DNA from: an uncultured Methanomicrobiales archaeon
Lineage (GTDB): Archaea; Halobacteriota; Methanomicrobia; Methanomicrobiales; Methanospirillaceae
Direction: 5' to 3'
DNA length: 64,000 nt
Assembly (NCBI GenBank): GCA_963697895.1
Contig: OY969100.1
Coordinates: 288,001-352,000, forward strand
The notes beneath the pieces were generated by a model. The model did not search any database, was not told where the DNA came from, and saw only the letters and a list, made by a program, of their open reading frames with translations. Made by a program: the position numbers and the translations under genes. Numbering within the stretch: position 1 is the first letter of the stretch; every line of letters starts with the position of its first letter. Shown here piece after piece: positions 1 through 10,250 of the stretch.

Positions 1-2
1 AG

Positions 3-620
3 TTCCGGCCCGACCGGTACCTTTTCTTTGCCACCCTGCGGGGGCAGGTGCTCAAAGTACCGCTGGACGAGTTCTCGCGCCCGCGGTCAACCGGGATTAA
101 CGCGATCAACCTCCGGGAGAAGGACGAGCTCGTCGATGTCAAGGTCACCGACGGCACCCGCGAGATGATCCTCACCACAATAAAGGGGCAGAGCCTCCGG
201 TTCCACGAGCAGGCGGTAACGCCGCACCACCGGAACGCGATGGGAGTCATCGGAATCCGGCTCCGGGGAAGCGACCTTGTAAAGGCTGTCACCGTTGTCG
301 AGAAGGATCACCTTCTCACGATAACCGAGAACGGGATGGGCAAGCGGACCGATTTCGACGAGTTCCGCGGCCACGGCCGGGGAACGATGGGAGTCCGGAA
401 TATTCTCACCGACCGGGCAGGCGGGGGCGTCGTGGAGACGAAAGCGGTTGCGATCGGGGATGAGATCATCGTGATGAGTGCGTCCGGGATCGTGATCAGG
501 ACCAAGGTTGCAGAGATCTCGATTCAAAAACGGAGCACCCGCGGGGTACGGATCATGAAGCTCGACCAGGGAGACCGCGTGGTGGGGGTCGCGGTCCTCC
601 AGCCGGAAATGGAAGAATGA
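3..620 (+). CDS. gyrA: DNA gyrase subunit A, C-terminal beta-pinwheel (5'-partial)
   Basis: Blade repeats RPRSTGINAINL, HHRNAMGVIGIRL, GHGRGTMGVRNI, IQKRSTRGVRIMKL; frame is open from the window edge. Confidence 0.95.
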   Translation, partial: FRPDRYLFFATLRGQVLKVPLDEFSRPRSTGINAINLREKDELVDVKVTDGTREMILTTIKGQSLRFHEQAVTPHHRNAMGVIGIRLRGSDLVKAVTVVEKDHLLTITENGMGKRTDFDEFRGHGRGTMGVRNILTDRAGGGVVETKAVAIGDEIIVMSASGIVIRTKVAEISIQKRSTRGVRIMKLDQGDRVVGVAVLQPEMEE

Positions 621-655
621 AACCGGGTTTTGTCCCGGCTCCCCCCCTTTTTTGC
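621..655 (+). terminator. Putative terminator of gyrA
   Basis: CCGGG-ttttgt-CCCGG stem followed by a C-run and T-run right after the stop codon. Confidence 0.5.
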
Positions 656-798
656 CCGGTCAAGCAAGTATCTCTTTTCCCCGGGCAGCGGCTTGATTTC
701 CACCTCTCCCAACGATCAGGTTCTTCCAACCAATCCTATACCACTTCCGGATCGGTGACACGTTAGTTTCCCCTGCGGGAGGGGCAGTCCCTGAGTGT

Positions 799-1204
799 AT
801 TTTCCCTTGACAGCCGATCCTTTTCCAACCGTATCGGTGACCGGTTACGTTTCTGCTGCAGGGATCAATTCCCGGTCCTCTGAAGAGCGGATTTTCCCTT
901 GACAGCCGATCCTTTTCCTCCCCGTATCGGTGACCGGTTACGTTTCTGCTTCAGGGATCAATTCCCGGTCCTCTGAAGAGCGGATTTTCCCGGGACAGCC
1001 GTTCCTTTTCCAACCGTATCGGTGACCGGTTACGTTTCTGCTTCAGGGATCAATTCCCGGTCCTCTGAAGAGCGGATTTTCCCTTGACAGCCGATCCTTT
1101 TCCTCCCCGTATCGGTGACTGGTTACGTTTCTGCTGCAGGGATCAATTCCCGGTCCTCTGAAGAGTTGATTTTCCCGGGACAGCCGTTCCTCTCTTCTCC
1201 CCGT
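799..1204. repeat. Non-coding tandem array: four full 92/93-bp units plus a partial fifth
   Basis: Units begin ATTTTCCC at 799, 891, 984, 1076 and 1169; near-identical core GTATCGGTGACCGGTTACGTTTCTGCT(G/T)CAGGGATCAATTCCCGGTCCTCTGAAGAG. Confidence 0.95.
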
Positions 1205-1334
1205 GGATTGGGGCTCCTCCTTTCACCCGGGGTGATCAGGTTTTCTGATTCTCTGAATGAAACCCGGCTCCTCTGGTAACGGTCTGACCGATATCGAGTC
1301 AGGGAAATCCTCATTATCCCCGGTTCCCACATGA

Positions 1335-1754
1335 ATGCAGATGTACCGGAAAACCATACAGATCGAAACACGTGGTGAGGGTGAGATCGTTGATATCACC
1401 GGGGAGGTACGGCAGACGATCGCCGAGAGCAGGGTCCGGGAGGGCCTGGTGAACGTGTTCGTGACGGGTTCGACCGCGGCGGTGACCACGATCGAATACG
1501 AGGAGGGTGTACTTTCAGACCTAAAGCGGGCGTTGTCGGTCCTTGCCCCGGATGCGATCCCGTATGCCCACAACAGCCGGTGGGGGGACGGCAATGGACG
1601 TTCTCACGTGAAGGCGTCCATCGTCGGTCCTTCGATCACGATCCCGGTCGCCGGAGGAGCACCCCTCTGTGGGACCTGGCAGCAGATCGTCCTTCTCGAA
1701 CTGGACGTCAGGCCATCCCGGACGAGGACCGTCATCTGTACGGTTACCGGTTAA
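1335..1754 (+). CDS. yjbQ: YjbQ/UPF0047 family protein (secondary thiamine-phosphate synthase)
   Basis: GSTAAVTTIEYE, NGRSHVKAS and GTWQQIVLLELD motifs. Confidence 0.9.
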   Translation: MQMYRKTIQIETRGEGEIVDITGEVRQTIAESRVREGLVNVFVTGSTAAVTTIEYEEGVLSDLKRALSVLAPDAIPYAHNSRWGDGNGRSHVKASIVGPSITIPVAGGAPLCGTWQQIVLLELDVRPSRTRTVICTVTG

Positions 1755-2024
1755 ATCTGCAGGAGCAGGGGAGGACCTGTACCCAGGAATGAAGAGATAA
1801 AAAACGAGATCTCCGGAAAACAATCCTCGCGCACCTGGACTGTTAAAGAAAGGGACCTCCCCTGCTTCCAGGAAAGACAATACTCAGGCTGGGAAAGAGA
1901 AATGAAGGGATCCCCGGCTTTCGTGAAATACAATCTTCATACCGGGAGATCTGGGAAGGAAGAAAGGCCTCCTATTTTCAGGACAAACTGTCTGAGGGAA
2001 TTCCGTGGAAATCTTAAAAAACCG

Positions 2025-2288
2025 TTAATCCAGGGGTATGGTCTCGAGCTGGGATACCAGTTCCCAGATCCGGGTCCGGGCATGCACCGGCATGTTGGGG
2101 TCGTTGCTGATCTCGTCGATCTTGGAGATCGCCTCGGCTGCGCGAAGCCCAATCCCCTTGTTATTGTTCATGAGCAGCTGGCGGGTCTCATCTGCCACTC
2201 TCCGGATATTCCGGGGAATGGTACTGTCATCCATGATGTGCTGCAACATCAGGATACAATTTTCTATCGTTTTTTCAGGACTGGGCAT
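2025..2288 (-). CDS. UPF0147 family protein
   Basis: [10 protein letters not shown] and [15 protein letters not shown]; start set at MPSPEK. Confidence 0.9.
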   Translation of the reverse strand: MPSPEKTIENCILMLQHIMDDSTIPRNIRRVADETRQLLMNNNKGIGLRAAEAISKIDEISNDPNMPVHARTRIWELVSQLETIPLD

Positions 2289-2379
2289 GGTCTCCCTCTG
2301 TCTCTTATTAATACTAATATCCCCATTTATATAGTTTGGTAAAATACTCTCATCCAGAGAACGACGTGGAGGGGTACCT

Positions 2380-2742
2380 ATGCAGAAAGAAGACGAAATC
2401 ATGGCGGAATATCTCCTGAAGGGAGCGAAGATGCTTGCAAAGACCTGCCCGGAATGCGGCTGTCCGCTCTTCGAATACAAGGATACCACGCGGTGCGTGG
2501 TCTGCACGGCCGGTGTGCAGGATACGGCCGGGACAGCGACCGCTCCGGTCTCCGGGGAGGGACAGGAGCGGACTTTCCCAAACGAGGGGAAAGCGGTTCA
2601 TACGATAGCCGTTCCGGCACTGGAGCAGGCGCTGGTCGCCCTCTGTGAACGGGCCGCCAGCGAAACCGATCCCGGGCGGTGCCTGACCCTGATGGAGGCG
2701 GTGCACCGGGGAGCAGAGGCCCTCCGGATTCTGACCCGCTGA
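2380..2742 (+). CDS. UPF0148 / autoantigen p27-like zinc-ribbon protein
   Basis: [24 protein letters not shown]...CVVC. Confidence 0.85.
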   Translation: MQKEDEIMAEYLLKGAKMLAKTCPECGCPLFEYKDTTRCVVCTAGVQDTAGTATAPVSGEGQERTFPNEGKAVHTIAVPALEQALVALCERAASETDPGRCLTLMEAVHRGAEALRILTR

Positions 2743-2761
2743 GAGGGCCTGCCACCGCGGT

Positions 2762-5023
2762 TCAGGTACCTTCCCGGCGGTAGGGGCGCCGGCAGAGGTC
2801 ATGGATCTGACGGGCTTTCCGCTCCCCGATTCCTTTAACCGCACGAAGCGCCTCCAGGTCCGCATCGATCACCCGCTGGATGTTGCCAAAGTGTTCGAGG
2901 AGGAGCCTCGCATTTTTCAGGCCTATTTCCGGGAACGCCGCAACGATCCCCTCCTGCTGTGCCGCGAGGGAATGGTACGATTTCCGCCCCGGGAACCGTG
3001 GCTCCCGTTCCCCTCCGGCCTCCCGGCTCGCGAGGACGTAGATCATCTGGGCGGTGTCTTCCTCGTCCCGCGTGAAGAGTGGAACCACCCGCAGGTCTGC
3101 CGTGATCGCGGCGAGTGCCCCACGAACCGCGTTCGGGTGAATATCCCGCTGGGTGTAGATATCTCCGCCCTCTATGATGATGATGGGGAGAGGAGCGGCC
3201 TCGGCGAGTGCCTTCAGCTGGGCAAAGAGATCCCGCTCCACCAGCGTATCGACGAAATCCCGCGCTGTCTTCCGTTCGATAAGGATCCGATCGCCGATCG
3301 CGTAATCTCCCTGTTCCAGGCGTACTATCGAGAGGGATGCACCGGACGTGTGCAGCTTCTCGACCACCCGTGAACCGGTCTCCCGGTCGTCGACCCGGAT
3401 CCGGGGGCCTTCGGCCCTGACCGTGCCGGCCTCGTCCGTCCCGGGGCCCGGCCCGGTATCCAGGGTGGCCTGGCCCGGGGAGAAAGAGGATACGCTCATG
3501 CGCCGGATCCCGGACCGCATGCTCCGTTCCCGGGACTGGCTGATGAACCGGTAGGTCTCGTCCGAGGTCCCTTTCGTGACGAGCACGATGATCTTCCCGG
3601 TTCTGCTCCGCCCCGTTCTTCCCTTCCGCTGGATGCTCCGGATCTCGGAGGGCACCGCTTCATAGAATATCACGAGGTCCGTAGACGGCACATCGAGCCC
3701 CTCTTCCCCCACGGATGTTGCAACCAGCACCCGGATCTCGCCAGACCGGAACCGTGACAGGGCCTCGAGCTGCCGCTTCTGGGAGAGGCCCCGTTCACTG
3801 TCCCGGGTGGCCTGGCCAACGAACCGTTCGGCGGCGATCGCATGGGAACGCAAATGATCCACGATCTGCTGCACCGCATCCCGGTAGCTCGCGAAGATGA
3901 TGATGCGGCTGTCCGGGTCCGCATCCAGCTGTGCCCGGGTCAGCTCCTCCACGATCGAGAGCTTCGGATGGAGCTCTGCGTCCCACCCGGCGGCCCGTTC
4001 AAGAAGCCGGAGGAAGACCGGGTCTGCGGCGAGCCGCCGGCTTGCCTTGGATCCCCCCGGGGAGTTTCCTTCGGCAGAGAGCCGGAAGAGATACTGCTTC
4101 AGCACCCGGCTTCCCTGGGACTCTGCAAGAGATACTGCATGCCGGAGCTTCATGCATTCTGCATAGAGGGAGGCCGCCTGGTATCCCTCCGGATCACGGG
4201 CTGAAATCCGGGTCTGGATCTGTGCGTTCAGCGCATTCAACGTCTTCATCGTCAACTGCTGGCGATTCGGAAGGGTGAAACGGAGGTCCCGCAGCCGGTC
4301 GAGACGACGGTCCAGGAGCTGATTGAGATCCCCGAGTGCCTGGGCCAGTTGATCCGGAAGCGGGATGCTGATAACCTCTATCTCCCGTTCGTGGACATAG
4401 GGAGCCACATCTTCATCCTCTTCGACCCGTGTCTCCACGATTCCGATACCGAGGTTGGTGCAGACTTCCGCCACCTTCTCCGGCTGGCCTCCGGGAGAGG
4501 CAGTCATTGCCAGCAGCCGGGGACTGGCAGCCGTGGCGAGGTACTGCTCTGCAAGAAAGACGTAACTGTAGTTCCCGACCGCCCGGTGGCATTCGTCGAC
4601 GACCATGAGCGTGACATCATCGAGAGTATACCGGCCGGCAATCAGGTCGTTTTTCACCACCTGCGGAGTAGCGAAACAGACCGTTGCCGATCTCCACCCC
4701 TGTTCGCGCTCCTCCGGGGGGGTCTCCCCGGTGAACATCACCAGGGGTGAGGGAGAACCCGGCCCGCCGGGCAGGAGCAGGAAGCGTTCGAAAAAGCTGC
4801 GGTGCTGTTCGACGAGCGGCTTTGTCGGCGCGAGAACAAGGATCCTGCCGCCCTCGTTGTACAGGCGGGATGCCGCGACGATAAGGGCAATTGCGGTTTT
4901 CCCGAGCCCCGTCGGGAGCACGACGAGGGTATTTCCCTCGAGGGCGTGCATGGCAATGGAGAGCTGATAAGAGCGTGATTCGAGTGTATCCGGGCGGATG
5001 AGGGGATGGGTGATACAGGTCAT
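2762..5023 (-). CDS. hef: Hef: DEAH helicase fused to ERCC4/XPF nuclease
   Basis: PTGLGKT, DECH, QRKGRTGR; nuclease GDY...ERKT; C-terminal HhH pair. Confidence 0.95.
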   Translation of the reverse strand: MTCITHPLIRPDTLESRSYQLSIAMHALEGNTLVVLPTGLGKTAIALIVAASRLYNEGGRILVLAPTKPLVEQHRSFFERFLLLPGGPGSPSPLVMFTGETPPEEREQGWRSATVCFATPQVVKNDLIAGRYTLDDVTLMVVDECHRAVGNYSYVFLAEQYLATAASPRLLAMTASPGGQPEKVAEVCTNLGIGIVETRVEEDEDVAPYVHEREIEVISIPLPDQLAQALGDLNQLLDRRLDRLRDLRFTLPNRQQLTMKTLNALNAQIQTRISARDPEGYQAASLYAECMKLRHAVSLAESQGSRVLKQYLFRLSAEGNSPGGSKASRRLAADPVFLRLLERAAGWDAELHPKLSIVEELTRAQLDADPDSRIIIFASYRDAVQQIVDHLRSHAIAAERFVGQATRDSERGLSQKRQLEALSRFRSGEIRVLVATSVGEEGLDVPSTDLVIFYEAVPSEIRSIQRKGRTGRSRTGKIIVLVTKGTSDETYRFISQSRERSMRSGIRRMSVSSFSPGQATLDTGPGPGTDEAGTVRAEGPRIRVDDRETGSRVVEKLHTSGASLSIVRLEQGDYAIGDRILIERKTARDFVDTLVERDLFAQLKALAEAAPLPIIIIEGGDIYTQRDIHPNAVRGALAAITADLRVVPLFTRDEEDTAQMIYVLASREAGGEREPRFPGRKSYHSLAAQQEGIVAAFPEIGLKNARLLLEHFGNIQRVIDADLEALRAVKGIGERKARQIHDLCRRPYRREGT

Positions 5024-6741
5024 TGCGGGAGCTCGCCAAAGAAGACCGTTCCGTCGACGAGAGAACGGATGATATCGGGGATGCGATCGATCGCGATCCG
5101 CACCTGGCCCATGGTATCGCGATCCCGGAGGGTGACGGTCTTCTCCGTGGGAGTGTCGTAGTCTATGGTGATGGCAAAAGGAGTCCCAATCTCGTCCTGC
5201 CTCCGGTATCGTCTTCCAATTGCCCCGGAATCGTCATATTCCGCGAGAATCCCGTAGTCCTTAAGGTTCCCGACGATCTCCCGTGCGATCTCGTCGAGAC
5301 CGTCCCTGGCCATCAGCGGAAGGACGGCAACCTGTACCGGTGCGATCAGGGGCGGCAGCTGGAGAACGACCCGCACTTCACCGGCGACATCCTCCTCGCT
5401 GTAGCGGTGTTCGAGGACCGCGTAACACATCCGGTCGATCCCGTAACTCGGTTCGATCACGTGGGGGATGATCTCGATCCCGGGGATTTCGACGACCTCC
5501 TCGCGAATCTGATACAATTCCGCCGGAATAAAGAAATTCTCCCCGTCGATCATGACATGACACCCGTCGGTCCCCGGGGAACAGGCTGCAAGTGCATCTG
5601 CCACAGCTTTTGCCTTACCACGGAACTTCGGCCCCAGGGCTGCCATATCGGGTACGACCCTCGTCCGGTGCCGGATCTCCGGCTCATCGAACGGGATGAA
5701 GACCGTGAAGGACTGACCGGAATGTTCTGCATGTGCCCGCAGATCATAATCGGTCCGGTCGGCGATACCGACCGTCTCCACCCACCCGAACCGGTCCGAA
5801 CGGATCTCCGCATCCCAGCAGTCTTCGGCATAGTGGGCGCATTCGTCCGGGAGGTGCTGGCGAAACCGTATCCGGTCCGGGGAGACCCCAATCCGGTCCA
5901 ACAGATGATGGGTAAGGGCGATATAGTAGGCGACGTACTGATTGGCGATGATGCCGTCTCTCACCGCGTCCTGCATCGTGACCGTCACCGGGGCGGTACA
6001 TTCCTGCTGCTGTTTTATGGCGAGGAGCGGAACCGCGTAACAGGCGTACCGTTCGAACTGGGGGTGATCCTTCTCCTGCGGATGCACGAATATCTCCGCC
6101 TCCGCCTGCGTGAACTCCCGGAGACGGATCATCCCCTGGCGGGGGGAGATCTCATTCCGGTATGATTTTCCAATCTGCACCGCTCCAAAGGGCAGCTTGT
6201 CCCGGTAAAAGCGGAGGAGCCGCTGGAAGTCGGTGAACATCCCCTGGGCCGTCTCCGGTCTGAGATACCCCGTACGCTGCGAACCGGGACCGATGGAGGT
6301 CTGGAACATGAGGTTGAATGAAAATACCTTCACATCTCCGAGCTCTTTTTCGCATACGGAGCAGGGGAGGCGGGAGAGGGTTTTTGCGAGGACCTCCCCG
6401 GGCATCGTGGATGCCCCCGGGATCCCGTGCGCTTCTGCTGCATGGTCGGCACGAAGGTATTCCCCGCAGTGCGGGCACTGGAACATCTTGTCTGAAAAGC
6501 CTTTCACATGTCCGGAGGCGACAAAAACCGCCTCCTGCCCGATGGTGGGGGATTCGATCTCGTAGTATCCTTCCTGGATCACGTAGAACTGTCTCCAGAC
6601 ATCCTCGATCCGACGTTTCATCATGCACCCGAGCGGCCCGTAATCGATAAAGCCGGCGACTGCACCATAGCACTCGGATGCAGGCCAGACAAAACCGCGT
6701 CTTTTTGCGAGGTCCATGACCCGGTCGTAGATATCATCCAT
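5020..6741 (-). CDS. glyS: Glycine--tRNA ligase (archaeal/eukaryotic type)
   Basis: YLRPETAQG, RNEISPRQGMIRLREFTQAE, IEPSYGIDR, GRRYRRQDEIGTPF; start set at MDDIY. Confidence 0.97.
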   Translation of the reverse strand: MDDIYDRVMDLAKRRGFVWPASECYGAVAGFIDYGPLGCMMKRRIEDVWRQFYVIQEGYYEIESPTIGQEAVFVASGHVKGFSDKMFQCPHCGEYLRADHAAEAHGIPGASTMPGEVLAKTLSRLPCSVCEKELGDVKVFSFNLMFQTSIGPGSQRTGYLRPETAQGMFTDFQRLLRFYRDKLPFGAVQIGKSYRNEISPRQGMIRLREFTQAEAEIFVHPQEKDHPQFERYACYAVPLLAIKQQQECTAPVTVTMQDAVRDGIIANQYVAYYIALTHHLLDRIGVSPDRIRFRQHLPDECAHYAEDCWDAEIRSDRFGWVETVGIADRTDYDLRAHAEHSGQSFTVFIPFDEPEIRHRTRVVPDMAALGPKFRGKAKAVADALAACSPGTDGCHVMIDGENFFIPAELYQIREEVVEIPGIEIIPHVIEPSYGIDRMCYAVLEHRYSEEDVAGEVRVVLQLPPLIAPVQVAVLPLMARDGLDEIAREIVGNLKDYGILAEYDDSGAIGRRYRRQDEIGTPFAITIDYDTPTEKTVTLRDRDTMGQVRIAIDRIPDIIRSLVDGTVFFGELPQ

Positions 6742-6991
6742 AGGGATCACGATTCTTCCCGATCTATTCGACGGCGGGTATGAAAAAGCTGTTTCCGGCT
6801 CCCGTTGCATGACAGAGCATAACCGGGAAGAGGAGATCCGCATTCGGGAGGGTACCCGGTTAACAACCCCGGTTTTATCCCGGGAAACGAATAAAAGACA
6901 GGAATACTCCTTCCAAATCTATGGGAACTCCGAAATGTTTATATATATTTGCAGGTATCTATATCGGTTAATCAAAACGAGTGGTTTCCAG

Positions 6992-7600
6992 ATGCCCGAA
7001 GACAAAAGAAAAACCCAGCTCCTCGAGCTCTTCACCAACATCACGAGCAAAACGAAGATCGTCGAACCGATGAAGAAAGTTCACGGTACCTTGCGTGACC
7101 GCGATGCCATTGAACGCGAGATCGCCCTCGTCATGCGCGAAATACTGGAACAGGGATATTTCAAGACGAAATTAAAACCGATCCAGCTTGCCAAGCTCGT
7201 CTCCGCCTACTATGCCGGGAAGAACGATACCGAGATCGCCCGTGAACTGGGGGATGAAAAGCTCTCCAAGACTGTTGCCCGTGCCCGGGTAAGGTTGAAA
7301 CTCTTCCGTGACCTCGATTTCAAAATGCCGTTCGACCGCGAACGGATGGAAGAGCTGATCCAGTCAGGCGAGACGATGAAAGATGTGAGTGAAGAACTCG
7401 GCGTAAGCCCGTCGACGCTCCGTGAGTACCGCCATGTGATCGAACAGCGTGACGATACGTCGATCGATATGTTCCTGGAACGGATCCGCGACGTGATGGA
7501 GGACCGGGACCTGACCGAGCAGATGACGATCAGCGCCACCAAGGATTCACTCGGGGAATCCATCGATATCACCGAGGCCGAACTGATCGATATCGCATAG
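6992..7600 (+). CDS. Conserved two-HTH protein resembling haloarchaeal conditioned-medium-induced protein 4
   Basis: NDTEIARELG...TVARARVRLKL and DVSEELGVSPSTLREYR; TTTATATA box upstream; family match from memory. Confidence 0.65.
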   Translation: MPEDKRKTQLLELFTNITSKTKIVEPMKKVHGTLRDRDAIEREIALVMREILEQGYFKTKLKPIQLAKLVSAYYAGKNDTEIARELGDEKLSKTVARARVRLKLFRDLDFKMPFDRERMEELIQSGETMKDVSEELGVSPSTLREYRHVIEQRDDTSIDMFLERIRDVMEDRDLTEQMTISATKDSLGESIDITEAELIDIA

Positions 7601-7782
7601 TAATCCGCTCTCGAATTCGCGGATCACATCATCTGTTTTTTTCGGAATTTCTTTTAAAACCCAAAAGGTCCCGATTATTTTTCGGATACCATTCCGGCGG
7701 CTGTTTTCCCCGTATTCCGCTGATATGCTCCGGCAACGGACACCGTGCATTATTCATAACAGAACGGTCTTTAGTTAGAATC

Positions 7783-8436
7783 ATGGAGCTGACGTGGCTT
7801 GGGCATGCGTGTGTCATGCTTGCAGGAACAAAAAAAGTGCTGATAGACCCGTTCGTGCCCGATGGAAAGATCCCGGTCATGCCGGACCTGGTGGCGGTTA
7901 CCCACGGTCACGGGGATCACCTGGGAGAGACGGTCCGGCTGAACAGAAGGACGATCACGAACGTCGAGATCGCGAAGTACCTCAGAACGAAAGGGGTTCC
8001 GGCCGAGGGAATGAATATCGGGGGGACCTTTTCTGCCGATGGAGTGACGTTCATCATGACACAGGCAATTCATTCGAGCCCGCTCGAAGATCTCGGCCCG
8101 GGAGGATACGGGGGTCTTGCCGCGGGATTCGTGATAGAACTGGATGGCATCCGGGTGTATCATGCCGGCGACACCGCACTCTTCTCGGACATGAAACTGA
8201 TCGGGAAGCTGTACCGGCCGCAGGTGGCCCTCCTCCCGGTCGGGGGGCATTACACGATGGGGCCCGACGAGGCGATGATCGCCGCACAGTATGTCGGGGC
8301 GGCAACCGTAATCCCCATCCATTACAATACGTTTCCGGTGATACGACAGGATCTTGGACCCTTCAAACAAGCGGTGGAGCGGACGACCGATCTGAAGGTA
8401 CAGGTCCTTTCACCGGGGGAATCGGTGTCGTTGTAA
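7783..8436 (+). CDS. Metal-dependent hydrolase, UPF0173 (metallo-beta-lactamase fold)
   Basis: WLGHA, THGHGDH, YHAGDT, PIHYNTFP. Confidence 0.92.
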   Translation: MELTWLGHACVMLAGTKKVLIDPFVPDGKIPVMPDLVAVTHGHGDHLGETVRLNRRTITNVEIAKYLRTKGVPAEGMNIGGTFSADGVTFIMTQAIHSSPLEDLGPGGYGGLAAGFVIELDGIRVYHAGDTALFSDMKLIGKLYRPQVALLPVGGHYTMGPDEAMIAAQYVGAATVIPIHYNTFPVIRQDLGPFKQAVERTTDLKVQVLSPGESVSL

Positions 8437-8660
8437 CCGGGAGATAACAGGGGAGAATGGGGTGCCCTGAAGGTACCGGAGTCACCAATATGATCCGGTC
8501 ATAAGTCTGTTTTCCGGAATTTCAAGGGAGGCAGGGGAGTACAGAGGCCTCTGTTATATCTTTTGGGAGGCCAGACCGGATTGTCCGACGCAGGACGCGA
8601 TCTCTGGCGTGCAGACCATATCGATAGACTGCGTATTACTTGTGGAGAGTGGAGTTCCGT

Positions 8661-9104
8661 TCAGGTGAACAGGAGATACACGTTGTTCACGACCGAGACT
8701 GCGTATATATAACAGTCAAGGAGCAAAGCCAGGAAAATAACCAGGTTGAGGGTGAAAAACCTCGGGGGGCACGGTCCTTCCACCGCAACCTCTTTTTGGT
8801 ACAGGAAGATGCAGAGAAAGAAGAGAAGCACGGATACAAGGATTTTAACCGAAAGATGCAGGGCGGGATCCATGGCAATTCCTGCAACGACCGGATTTTT
8901 TTCGACGAACCCCATAGATAGTGCAAGGGTCGTGGAGAACGCGTCCATGATCATGAGCGGGATGAGCACGAGTAAGGGCCAGAGGAAGTAATTCCTCCAG
9001 GTCACGGGAATGAAATAATCCCGCAGCCGATCCGGTCCCCTGGCCGGAACGGAAGGATTGCTTCCCGGCTTGCACGTTACGGATTCAGGTACCGGTTCAG
9101 CCAC
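8661..9104 (-). CDS. DUF5658-like small membrane protein (start uncertain)
   Basis: DAFSTTLALSMGFVEKNPVV motif plus hydrophobic helices. Confidence 0.6.
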   Translation of the reverse strand: MAEPVPESVTCKPGSNPSVPARGPDRLRDYFIPVTWRNYFLWPLLVLIPLMIMDAFSTTLALSMGFVEKNPVVAGIAMDPALHLSVKILVSVLLFFLCIFLYQKEVAVEGPCPPRFFTLNLVIFLALLLDCYIYAVSVVNNVYLLFT

Positions 9105-10126
9105 TGGATTGCCCTCGATGCTGCGATACTCACGTACGGGTCCTGATCATAGAGTTCGATATGGTTGTGGGTCTCGATCCAGATGAGATCTTTCGGCCCG
9201 AGTGCCGCATCGTACGCCTGCCGTGCATATTCCGGCAGCAGGAAAAGGTCTTTCGTACCGTGGATGATGAGCAGCGGGTTCGGGGCGACCAGCGGTGCGT
9301 GGACGATCGCATTATAGGCAAAAAAGGGCTCGAGTGAGGCCGCCGTCATTTTTTCCGACCAGTTGGGGGCGTCTGCCTTATGGGTCCGGTCATAATAACT
9401 GTATGCCTCTTCGTTCGGCATCGCCGCCATCGGGACCTTCTCGGAGAGGCTGTGGGCGATGGTTGGTATATATTCGGTCTCGCCCGTCAGGTACTGCCGC
9501 ATCGTGATCTCGTTGATCTTCCGGGCGAATTCGTTGAATCCTTCAATTCCCATGAACTGCTGGAAAGTCCCACCGATATTGAACCCACCCGCGATGCTGA
9601 CCACTGCTTTTATCCGCTTCTCGCGGGCGCCCGTCGAGATCGCGTACCCGCCCCCCATGCAGACACCGACCACCCCGATCCGGTCGTGGTCGATATCCTC
9701 CCGGGTGAAGAGGTAACGCACCGCGTTCACATAATCATCGATCACCTGGTTCGGGTCGTAATGGAACCGGGGTTCGCCCTCGCTCTCGCCGAAACTGCGG
9801 GAGTCGAAGGTAAGCACCGTGTACCCGGCATCGGCGAGCCGTTCTGCATAATGAGGCAGGGTCTGTTCCTTGATGCTGCTGATCGGGCCGCACATCACGA
9901 TCCCCGGGGTCCGGCGGGAACCGGGTATCCCGGGAGGGCGGTACAGGTGGCCGGCGAGCAGAAGACCGCTGCTACGGAACGCCACCGGTGTTCGTCGTTT
10001 CGGGTCGGCATGCAACAGGTTGGAAGGATCGGAAGGGAGGTAGTGGAGGTCGTCCACCGGTTCGGACGCCGCCGTTGCCGTAGGGCGGATACGAATCACG
10101 GATATCGCAGGGTCGATGGTTTTCAT
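9077..10126 (-). CDS. Alpha/beta hydrolase
   Basis: FDSRSFGESEG, nucleophile elbow GVCMGG (Cys), HGTKD, HNHIELYD. Confidence 0.88.
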   Translation of the reverse strand: MKTIDPAISVIRIRPTATAASEPVDDLHYLPSDPSNLLHADPKRRTPVAFRSSGLLLAGHLYRPPGIPGSRRTPGIVMCGPISSIKEQTLPHYAERLADAGYTVLTFDSRSFGESEGEPRFHYDPNQVIDDYVNAVRYLFTREDIDHDRIGVVGVCMGGGYAISTGAREKRIKAVVSIAGGFNIGGTFQQFMGIEGFNEFARKINEITMRQYLTGETEYIPTIAHSLSEKVPMAAMPNEEAYSYYDRTHKADAPNWSEKMTAASLEPFFAYNAIVHAPLVAPNPLLIIHGTKDLFLLPEYARQAYDAALGPKDLIWIETHNHIELYDQDPYVSIAASRAIQWLNRYLNP

Positions 10127-10250
10127 GCGGATCACCACCCGATTCTCGCCGACATGGTATAATAACGTTCTCACCGGGTTGTACCGGTGCGAAGAGCCTT
10201 CAGGAATTTGAAGAAGGGATGATGGGGGCGATCGGATACGAATGATCTTA

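Noticed and set aside
799-1204. CRISPR array
   Set aside because: Units are repeated along their whole length with no unique spacers, and no cas genes lie in the window.
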